A stretch of DNA of 64,000 bases from an uncultured bacterium. GTDB lineage: Bacteria > Bipolaricaulota > Bipolaricaulia > RBG-16-55-9 > DRJF01. The notes beneath the pieces were generated by a model. The model saw only the letters and a list, made by a program, of their open reading frames with translations, searched no databases and was not told the origin of the DNA. The translations under genes and the position numbers were made by a program. Shown here one piece after another: positions 9,918-17,524 of the stretch. Every line of letters starts with the position of its first letter. Position 1 is the stretch's first letter. Location: the NCBI GenBank assembly GCA_913053845.1, contig CAJXGD010000005.1, positions 2,239 through 66,238 of the forward strand. The letters are read 5' to 3'.

Positions 9918-10623
9918 TCCCCTGGACAAGGCCCACTCACCTCAAGTCTTTTCCCCCCTCGCCCGCCGCTACGACCTGACCAATCGCCTGCTGAGCTGGG
10001 GGCAAGATGGCTGCTGGCGGCGGCGCTTGGTGCGCTGGGCCGACCCCCGGCCGGGAGAGCGGCTGCTCGATCTATGCACCGGCACCGCTGAGGTGGCTTT
10101 GGCCTTCGCCCACCATCAGCCTCGGCTGAAGATCATCGGCCTAGATCTCTCTGAAGAGATGCTGGCCGTAGGCCGGGCCAAGCTCGCTAAACTCCACCGG
10201 CCGGTTCAGATCACCCTCCAAGAGGGCGATGCACTCCAGCCGCCTTTCCCCGCTGCATCGTTCGATCTGGTGACCATCGCCTTTGGGCTGCGCAATCTGC
10301 CCGACTATCGGCGGGCGCTGCGTCAGATGCAGCGACTGCTCCGGCCGGGCGGCCGCTTGCTCATCTTGGAGTTCGCCCCGCCGAGCGGCCTGAGTTGGGG
10401 AGGGCTCTATCGCCTGTATCTGCGCCACTGGCTCCCGCGGCTGGGGGGCTGGCTCAGCGGAGCGGGCCGAGAGGCCTACGCCTATCTGGAGCGCTCCATC
10501 CGCGATTTCCCCCCGCCGGACCGGCTGGCAGACCTGATGAAAGAGGAGGGTTTTGCCCCGGTCCAGTTCCAGCATATGAGCGGCGGGATCGTCGCCCTCT
10601 ATCGCGGCGAGCGCCCATCCTGA
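9901..10623 (+). CDS. ubiE: Demethylmenaquinone/ubiquinone C-methyltransferase
   Basis: …FSPLARRYDLTNRLLSWGQDGCWRR…LDLCTGTA…LLILEF. UbiE/MenG family. Start taken at the internal ATG 9901, overlapping the Asp23 stop. Confidence 0.8.
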   Translation: MPKLADPLDKAHSPQVFSPLARRYDLTNRLLSWGQDGCWRRRLVRWADPRPGERLLDLCTGTAEVALAFAHHQPRLKIIGLDLSEEMLAVGRAKLAKLHRPVQITLQEGDALQPPFPAASFDLVTIAFGLRNLPDYRRALRQMQRLLRPGGRLLILEFAPPSGLSWGGLYRLYLRHWLPRLGGWLSGAGREAYAYLERSIRDFPPPDRLADLMKEEGFAPVQFQHMSGGIVALYRGERPS

Positions 10624-10626
10624 AGC

Positions 10627-11175
10627 TCAGCTTTCCTCCGACTCTTCCAGCAGGCGAGCGGCATAGCCGAGCAACTTGCGCTGATCGCTCTCGCTGAGCC
10701 GGGCTGCCTGGCGACTCAGTCGCTCCAGCAGTTCAGAACTACCCTTTAGCTCGCCGGAGGCACTCAGTTGCTCGTTGTGGCTTTGCAGCGCCTGTTGGGC
10801 CAGACGGTGGGCTCGCCAGTTGGCCGAGCGCTCCACATAACGCACCTGCCAGCGGGGCAGGCGGTCCAAGAGCTCTCTGGCGGCGCGGTTCAGCTTGGCC
10901 AGATGAGGGCGACGCAGCCGATAGAGTCCATTGATCTGGTTGGCCAACAGCTGGGAATCGGTGAAAAATATCGCCCGCTCCGGCCGATAGGGCAACACAG
11001 CACGCGCCGCTTCGATCAGAGCTTGATACTCCGCCACATTGTTGGTGGTGCGCCCGATGGGACGCGAGATCTCTTCCACCACATTGGCCTGTCCATCGGT
11101 GAGAACTATGCCCACCGCCGCCTCGCCGGGATTGCCGTGTGAGGCGCCATCAAAGTTGATCAACAGTTTGTCCAT
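10627..11175 (-). CDS. RNase H type-1 domain protein
   Basis: MDKLLINFDGASHGNPGEAAVGIVL…NNVAEYQALIEA…FTDSQLL. RNase HI-like fold with an acidic C-terminal tail. Confidence 0.75.
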   Translation of the reverse strand: MDKLLINFDGASHGNPGEAAVGIVLTDGQANVVEEISRPIGRTTNNVAEYQALIEAARAVLPYRPERAIFFTDSQLLANQINGLYRLRRPHLAKLNRAARELLDRLPRWQVRYVERSANWRAHRLAQQALQSHNEQLSASGELKGSSELLERLSRQAARLSESDQRKLLGYAARLLEESEES

Positions 11176-11188
11176 AGTATCTATGATA

Positions 11189-11264
11189 TGGTGGGCCCAG
11201 CAGGACTCGAACCTGCGACCGACCGCTTATGAGGCGGGAGCTCTAACCACTGAGCTATGGGCCC
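11189..11264 (-). tRNA. tRNA-Met (anticodon CAT; elongator type, or Ile2 if lysidinylated)
   Basis: The reverse complement reads GGGCCCATAGCTCAGTGGTTAGAGCTCCCGCCTCATAAGCGGTCGGTCGCAGGTTCGAGTCCTGCTGGGCCCACCA. This is a cloverleaf with anticodon loop CTCATAA and an encoded CCA end. Confidence 0.85.
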
Positions 11265-11304
11265 TGGCACCCAGCTTATATATAGCAAGGACCGCGGTCG
11301 GTTG

Positions 11305-11817
11305 TCAAGGGCAGAAACGGTCCAACAGTCGCAATACCACCCGCTCCAGCAGGCGCCGCGGCCTCATCGGCCAGGGTTCGGCGGCCAGCGCTAGCGAGGG
11401 GACCAGGATGGCCCAGAGGCCCAAGCGCTTGGCCCCCCAAATATCGGTGAAGAGCTGATCGCCCACTACCGCTACCTGCCTGGCCGGCAGTCCCATCAGC
11501 TCCAGCAGACGCAAGAAGCCGGTCGGACGAGGTTTGCGCGCCCCAAAGATCAGTGGCCGCCCACCGAGGCTCTCCCGCAACCCCTCGCGCCCCCATCCGC
11601 TGTGGTTGCTGAGGAAGGCCAGGCTGAACCCTTGGTGCTCCAGTCGGTCCAAGAAACCTGGCAGCCCAGGTGGCGGCCGGGTAAAACCCCAGGGGGCCAG
11701 CGTGGAGTCCAGGTCAAAGATGATCCCGCGGATGCCACGCGCCCTCAGTGCCTCCGGTTGGAGCTGAGCGGCCGAATCGAGCTGCTGATCCGGCTGCCAG
11801 TGGTCAAACCAACTCAC
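11305..11817 (-). CDS. HAD-superfamily phosphatase (subfamily IIIA, YqeG-like)
   Basis: Motif I IIFDLDSTL, a FLSN motif, and motif IV VVGDQLFTDI. Confidence 0.65.
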   Translation of the reverse strand: MSWFDHWQPDQQLDSAAQLQPEALRARGIRGIIFDLDSTLAPWGFTRPPPGLPGFLDRLEHQGFSLAFLSNHSGWGREGLRESLGGRPLIFGARKPRPTGFLRLLELMGLPARQVAVVGDQLFTDIWGAKRLGLWAILVPSLALAAEPWPMRPRRLLERVVLRLLDRFCP

Positions 11818-12082
11818 GCTGTTCGCCAGGTGGACCCAGCCTTATCTCGCCGATGGCCAGATGACCGCGTGCCCCCTCCAGCACCTGGCGAGTCTGAGCC
11901 AAAAAACCCGGCGGCACCAGCAGCAGACAATATTGCCGCCCCCGGTGGAGACGCCAGTCCCGACGGAGCTGAGCAATGCCATCATAACCGGAGATGATCG
12001 CATCCAGCAGATGAATCTCGTCTTCCGGCAACTCCACGTAGAGCTCCAAGGCCCGCTCGGCGGTCCGTGCTGCTAAGGGCAA
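11804..12082 (-). CDS. Hypothetical small protein
   Basis: 92-aa ORF overlapping the ends of its two neighbours by a few nt. No recognisable motif. Confidence 0.3.
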   Translation of the reverse strand: MPLAARTAERALELYVELPEDEIHLLDAIISGYDGIAQLRRDWRLHRGRQYCLLLVPPGFLAQTRQVLEGARGHLAIGEIRLGPPGEQRELV

Positions 12083-15000
12083 GCGGTCTCTTTCTCCGGG
12101 CCCTGGGCATTGATAAAGGCGTCGATGAAGGCGCTGACCTGCGCTTGATCATACTTATCCAGTTTGTCCAGGCGATCCCAAGCGGTCAGGGCCAGAGCTT
12201 TGTTCAGGCCAGGATAGGGTGCGAGCAGCAACTTGCAATATTTACGCTGCCCGCGCAGCCGCTGCACCAGTTGGGTCAACTGACTCAAGCTCTGCTTGGC
12301 GATATCGGGGCGATATTGCAACAGCACGCCCCCCTGTGCCAGATTATGCACCTGCAACTCAGGGGCCAGCGGCTGAGCACTGATCCCCCAAGGCGCCAGC
12401 TTCGGCGAATGACAACCGGAGGTCGGCGGCGAGGAGTTATAGACAGGCTTGCAGTCGGGCAGCAGCTTTTGACCCAGATCTGCCACCGGTTGACCCGGCT
12501 TGCCGTCCGGCGCCAGGGTGGCCGTCTTCTTCTTGCCGGAGAGCTGATCGGCCAACTTGGTGACCAGCTCAGGTTGATAGTCCGGATAGTCTTTTTGCAG
12601 TTGGTCCAGTTGCTTCTTGGCCTGTGCTTTATTGCCCTGTTTGGCGTATAAGTCGGCCAGCTGATAGAGGGCCTGTTGGCCATCGGGGCCAAACTTGTTC
12701 TTGAAACCGGCCCGCTGCTTGGCTGCATTCAGGATTTTCTCATCGATGGTGATCCGCACATTTGTCGGTGGCTTGAGCTGCAGCGCTGACTGGAAGTTGC
12801 TGATCGCTTTGTCCCAATCCAGCCGGCCGGCGTATACCTCCCCTAGCCCGCGATAGGCCTGGATAGAGTTGGGATTCTGCTGCAAGACGGCTTTGTACTG
12901 CGCCTCAGCTCCCTGGTAGACATGCTGCTTGAGATAGATGTCGGCCAGGGTCAGCCGCGTATCTTTGTCTTGCGGATCGAGAGTGATGATTCTCTTGGCC
13001 ACCTCAATGCGAGCCTCGTCGCTATAGCTGCGCTTGAGGGCATCACGGTACTGCTGCAGGGCATCTTTCTTCTTGCCTTGAGCTTGGTAGACCTCCCCCA
13101 GACCCACATAGGCCTGGGAAGCATAGGCGTCGCGGTTGATCACCTCTTGAAAAGTCTGCTGTGCCTGATCGGTCTGCTTGCCCGCCAGATAGGCCTGACC
13201 CAACTTGATCTGGACGCTCTCCCGCGCTCCGATCTTGAGAGCTTGGTGATACTGACCCTGAGCCGCTTGATAATCGCCCTGCTCCATCTTGAGATCACCC
13301 AGGTCGGTGAGCAGCTGCACCTCCAGCGTACTCTCCTTCTCCGAGGAGATAGCCTCTTTGAGCTTGAGCAGGATATCCTGGGCCGATTTGAGCGCATTCT
13401 GCCGGTCCGGCTCGGAGGCCGAGTCCAGCTTGGCCCAAGCCAGATAAGTCTCCCCTAATTTGAGCTGCACCTGCTTGGCCTGCTCCGGCTGCTTCTGATC
13501 CTGGACCAGTTTGAGCGCGGTGGCATAGTAGCCGATGGCCTGCCGATAATTGAACCGTTTGGCCTGCAGATCGCCCATGAGCAACTGAGCCTCGGTTAGA
13601 GTGGGGTCGAGATCAAGCGCCTGCTTCAGCTGGCCCAGGGCCTGGGTCTCCTTGCTTCGCTGCAAGAACCAGCGGGCATAGCGATAGCGCAGTTGAGCAT
13701 TCTTGGGAGAGGTGGCCAGCGCCGCCTCAAAGGCCGGTCCATCCGCCGAGCCGGCCGAGCGCAAGAAGCTTTCCGCTGCTTGACGGCGATCTAGGGCGAT
13801 CTGCTGCTCGATCGCCTTGAGTGCCGCGCTCTTTTTATCCGACTGTTTGGCCAGCTTGGCCTGTTTGTCCTGATCGAGCTTGAGCACCTGGGCGTAGAGC
13901 CGGCTGAGATAATAGCCCAGATAGGGGTCGGTACTGGGGCTATTCTGTTGGATTCTCTCGTAGGCTTGGATCGCCGGCTCCAGCGCGGCCCGCTTGGCGG
14001 TATCACCTTTGGCGCTGGTCGCTCGGGCCTCCAGCGCAAAGGCCCCCAACACCGGAGCGCCGACATAGTCGATCTTGGCCTGGCTCTTGAGCTGCTTGAA
14101 CCAGTCGGAGAAGCGTTGTTTGGTCTCGTCCTTGATATAGGCCTGGGTGACTTGCTTTTTAACTGTATCGCTCTCGCGTCGTCCGGTCAGCTCGATCAGG
14201 TGGAAGCCGAAGGAGCTGCGCACGATCGGGCTGACATCGCCCACTTTCTTCAGGGCAAAGGCCGCTTGGTCAAAGGCCGGATCCATCACCCCGTGGCCGA
14301 ACCAACCCAGGTCTCCGCCCTTGGCCTTGGTGGCCGGGGCGTCGTCGGATTTCTCCGTGGCCAATTGAGCAAAACCGGCTCCGGCTTGTAGCTGCTTTTG
14401 CAGGGCCTCGATCTTGCGGTAGGCCGTCTGGACCTGATCGGCAGGCGCGTCTTTGGCGACTTTGATTAAAATATGACTGGCCCGCACTTCGACCGTCTTG
14501 GGGAACACGCCGGCCTTCTGGGCCTGGCTCTGCCAGTGATCAAAGCGCTGATGCTCCAGTTCGTTGATATAATCGGTCTTGACCTGGCTCTTGACCGCAG
14601 CAAATTTCTTCTGGCGCCGATCGGTGACCTTGATCAGGCCGAAGCCTCGGGCGGTGCGGATGGGATCGCTGACTTGGCCCACCGGCAGCTTGAAGGCCAC
14701 CTTGGCGATCTGGGGGTCCATCTTATCCCGGCTCAGATAGCCCAGATCGCCACCGTTATTCTTAGAGAGATCTTGAGAATACTGCTTGGCCAGCTTGGCG
14801 AAGTCAGCTCCTTGGTCGAGCTGGGCTTTGATCCGGCCTATCTGCTCTGAGGCCGACTGCACCACGCTCTTAGGGGCGTCAGGCGCGACCTTGATCAGGA
14901 TATTGCTCAGGTTGACCTCTTCAGGAGCATACTTGTCCTGATGAGCCTTCAGATAAGTTTTTAATTCCTGATCGTCGGGCACCACCGGGGAGATGAGTTT

Positions 15001-15735
15001 TTTAATATATTGGTCTTGATGTTTCTGCAGATAGTCCAGCAGCTCCTGATCGCTGGGGTGGAGTTGGCCTACGACGGCGGTTTCCAGCTTCTGGGCCAGG
15101 AGAAAAGTCTCGTCCTGATGGCGCAGCTTGGCCTTGAAGGCCGCTACGGTGGCCTGCTGCAACCCCAGAGCCTGCTTGATCAGCTCTTGCTGCTGCGAGG
15201 TGGCGTCCTTGAGTATCTTGCGGAAGCTGTCCTCGGTCAGCTTCTGGCTGCGCAGGAACTGATCGTAGTCGTTCTGAAAAGCCTTATCCAACTCGACGCG
15301 CGAGACGCTCAAACCTCTCTTTTTAGCCTGTTGCCGGATCAGCAAGGCATCTATCAAAGCTATGGGGTTATTCGCGCGACTGGGGGGAAACTGGAAACCG
15401 GATATGCCATAAGCGGCCTGATAGCGCAACTGCAATTTTAGATGGGCGCCTTGCGTTCCTTCCAGTTGCTTGCGGAAGTCTTGGCCGAACTGGCGATAAA
15501 AACTGACCGCCTGTGAGACCAGGCTGTTATAGGCTGCGTCCAATTCGCCCTTGGTAATCTTGGCCCCCTCCACGGTGATCGCCGTCTGTTGCTCAGGGCT
15601 ATTCGCGTCGTTCGCGTTGTTTTTATTGTTGAAGGTCAGGCTGGGGGTGAAGAGCAAGATGCCTCCCAACAAAAACGCCACTACGACCACCCAGATCACC
15701 AAGTGCCCGTAACGGCCTACTAAAGCTCGCCACAT
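12073..15735 (-). CDS. Membrane-anchored PpiD/SurA-like chaperone (two parvulin PPIase domains) fused to a TPR array and a C-terminal DUF3105-like domain
   Basis: 1220 aa. N-terminal TM helix. Two PpiC-type segments (SHILIK…GGDLGWFGHGVMDPAFD…FGFHLIEL; SNILIKV…GGDLGYLSRDKMDP…FGLIKV). Multiple TPR-like repeats (YVGLGEVY…, AYRGLGEVY…). The C-terminus SSPPTSGCHSP…LQVHNLAQGGVLLQYRP matches the DUF3105 signature. Confidence 0.75.
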   Translation of the reverse strand: MWRALVGRYGHLVIWVVVVAFLLGGILLFTPSLTFNNKNNANDANSPEQQTAITVEGAKITKGELDAAYNSLVSQAVSFYRQFGQDFRKQLEGTQGAHLKLQLRYQAAYGISGFQFPPSRANNPIALIDALLIRQQAKKRGLSVSRVELDKAFQNDYDQFLRSQKLTEDSFRKILKDATSQQQELIKQALGLQQATVAAFKAKLRHQDETFLLAQKLETAVVGQLHPSDQELLDYLQKHQDQYIKKLISPVVPDDQELKTYLKAHQDKYAPEEVNLSNILIKVAPDAPKSVVQSASEQIGRIKAQLDQGADFAKLAKQYSQDLSKNNGGDLGYLSRDKMDPQIAKVAFKLPVGQVSDPIRTARGFGLIKVTDRRQKKFAAVKSQVKTDYINELEHQRFDHWQSQAQKAGVFPKTVEVRASHILIKVAKDAPADQVQTAYRKIEALQKQLQAGAGFAQLATEKSDDAPATKAKGGDLGWFGHGVMDPAFDQAAFALKKVGDVSPIVRSSFGFHLIELTGRRESDTVKKQVTQAYIKDETKQRFSDWFKQLKSQAKIDYVGAPVLGAFALEARATSAKGDTAKRAALEPAIQAYERIQQNSPSTDPYLGYYLSRLYAQVLKLDQDKQAKLAKQSDKKSAALKAIEQQIALDRRQAAESFLRSAGSADGPAFEAALATSPKNAQLRYRYARWFLQRSKETQALGQLKQALDLDPTLTEAQLLMGDLQAKRFNYRQAIGYYATALKLVQDQKQPEQAKQVQLKLGETYLAWAKLDSASEPDRQNALKSAQDILLKLKEAISSEKESTLEVQLLTDLGDLKMEQGDYQAAQGQYHQALKIGARESVQIKLGQAYLAGKQTDQAQQTFQEVINRDAYASQAYVGLGEVYQAQGKKKDALQQYRDALKRSYSDEARIEVAKRIITLDPQDKDTRLTLADIYLKQHVYQGAEAQYKAVLQQNPNSIQAYRGLGEVYAGRLDWDKAISNFQSALQLKPPTNVRITIDEKILNAAKQRAGFKNKFGPDGQQALYQLADLYAKQGNKAQAKKQLDQLQKDYPDYQPELVTKLADQLSGKKKTATLAPDGKPGQPVADLGQKLLPDCKPVYNSSPPTSGCHSPKLAPWGISAQPLAPELQVHNLAQGGVLLQYRPDIAKQSLSQLTQLVQRLRGQRKYCKLLLAPYPGLNKALALTAWDRLDKLDKYDQAQVSAFIDAFINAQGPEKETACP

Positions 15736-15856
15736 GAGTTCAATTCACCTCGAAATTTCCCTAGAAGATGGACCGCGCCGCCAGCGGCGTGGCCGGTGGC
15801 GGCGAAGCTCGCCTCGCCTGGAGGCAATCATAGGCAATAGATAGCTGGCTGTCAAC

Positions 15857-17392
15857 CTAGCGGGCGCTCTCGCTGAACCGGATGCTGCGGATGACCTGCA
15901 CCTTGATCTCGCCGGGATAATGCAGCTCCTCCTCGATGCAGCGGGCGATGTCATAGGAGAGCTTGGCGGCCAGATCATCGTTGACCTCCTCGGGGCGAAC
16001 CATCACCCGCACCTCACGGCCCGCCTGGATGGCATAGGCCTCCGAGACGCCGGGGAAGGCCTGACAGATGCTTTCCAGATCCGAGAGCCGTTGGATATAG
16101 CTGGTGAAGGTCTCCTGGCGGGCGCCCGGCCGAGCGGCCGAGAGGGCGTCGGCGGCTTGGATCAAGATGTCCAGCACCGCTTGGGGCTCGACCTCCTCAT
16201 TGTGGGCCAGGATGGCCTGCACCACCTCTTCCGATTCGCCGTAGCGGCGGGCCAGTTCGGTGCTGATCAGCGAGTGCGATCCCTCGACCTGATGGTCCAC
16301 CGCCTTGCCGATGTCATGGAGCAGCCCGGCGCGGCGCGCCTGCTTGGGATCCAGACCCAGCTCGGAGGCCAGTGCCCCGGCGATAAAACTCACTTCCAGA
16401 GAATGACGCAGTTGATTTTGGCCGTAGCTGGTGCGAAAGGCCAACCGGCCTAGCAGCATCACCAGCTCCGGATGGAGCCCTTCCAGGCCGGCCTCCAGGA
16501 CCGCCCGCTGACCTTCTTCCTTGATGCGTGCCGCCACCTGCTCCTTGGCCTTGTCCACCTGTTTCTTGATCTGAGCCGGATGGATGCGCCCATCCTCGAC
16601 CAATTTCTCCATGGCCATGCGGGCCACCTCGCGCCGGATGGGATGGAAACAGGAGAGCACCACCGTGTCCGGGGTGTCGTCCACCAACACCTCCACCCCG
16701 GTCAGGGCCTCAAATGCCCGAATATTGCGTCCTTCACGTCCGATCACCCGGCCCTTATAATCATCGTTGGGCAGGGGCACCAGGCTGACGGTCGAGATCT
16801 CCACCTCATCGGAGGCGTAGCGCTGGATGGCAGTGGCGATGATCTTGCGGGCTTCCCGCTCAGCCTGCGCCTGCGCCTGCTCCTTGAGCAGGCTAATGCG
16901 CTTGGCGAAGAAGCGCTGCGCCTCCGCCTCCACCAACTGGAGCAACTGCGCCCGTGCCTCAGCAGAGCTCAGGCCAGCCTGCGCCTCCAGCCGGACCTGC
17001 TCGCTGCTGAGCAGCAGTTCGCCTTGGCTGATCAGCGCCTCCACCCGCTGCAGATCCTCGCTGAGCGACTTCTCGGTCTGCTCTAACTGTCCGGCCTTGC
17101 TCTCCAGGCGGCTCTCGCGCTTGAGCAAGCGGCTTTCCAGCTCATCCAGCTTGGCTTCCCGTCGGTTGATCCGCTCCTCCAGTCCGGCCCGTTGCAGGGC
17201 GATTTGGCGCTCGGCCTGCAAGAGCCTCGCTTGCTGCTCGGCTTCGGCTTTAAGCCTCGCTTCCCGCAGCAGGTCGGCTGCGCGCCCCTTGGCCTGCGCC
17301 AACTGTCGATCATAGCGGTATCTCCCTAACTGATAGCCACCTCCCATCAACAACAGCACACCTAAAACCCCTAACACATAATAAAGCGTCAT
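15857..17392 (-). CDS. rny: Ribonuclease Y
   Basis: N-terminal TM helix, a coiled coil, a KH domain (GREGRNIRAFEALTGV) and an HD domain (HSLEVS…LLHDIGK). Confidence 0.9.
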   Translation of the reverse strand: MTLYYVLGVLGVLLLMGGGYQLGRYRYDRQLAQAKGRAADLLREARLKAEAEQQARLLQAERQIALQRAGLEERINRREAKLDELESRLLKRESRLESKAGQLEQTEKSLSEDLQRVEALISQGELLLSSEQVRLEAQAGLSSAEARAQLLQLVEAEAQRFFAKRISLLKEQAQAQAEREARKIIATAIQRYASDEVEISTVSLVPLPNDDYKGRVIGREGRNIRAFEALTGVEVLVDDTPDTVVLSCFHPIRREVARMAMEKLVEDGRIHPAQIKKQVDKAKEQVAARIKEEGQRAVLEAGLEGLHPELVMLLGRLAFRTSYGQNQLRHSLEVSFIAGALASELGLDPKQARRAGLLHDIGKAVDHQVEGSHSLISTELARRYGESEEVVQAILAHNEEVEPQAVLDILIQAADALSAARPGARQETFTSYIQRLSDLESICQAFPGVSEAYAIQAGREVRVMVRPEEVNDDLAAKLSYDIARCIEEELHYPGEIKVQVIRSIRFSESAR

Positions 17393-17524
17393 TCAGTTGC
17401 CACCCTTTCTCCAGCCCATGCAGGAGGGAATTCTGACCCCTCGATCTCAACAAGTTCATAGTCAGGCTAGCTTGCCTCATTGGATAATGATTATAAGCGC
17501 TTATAAGCGCTTCGTCCAGCGGAG

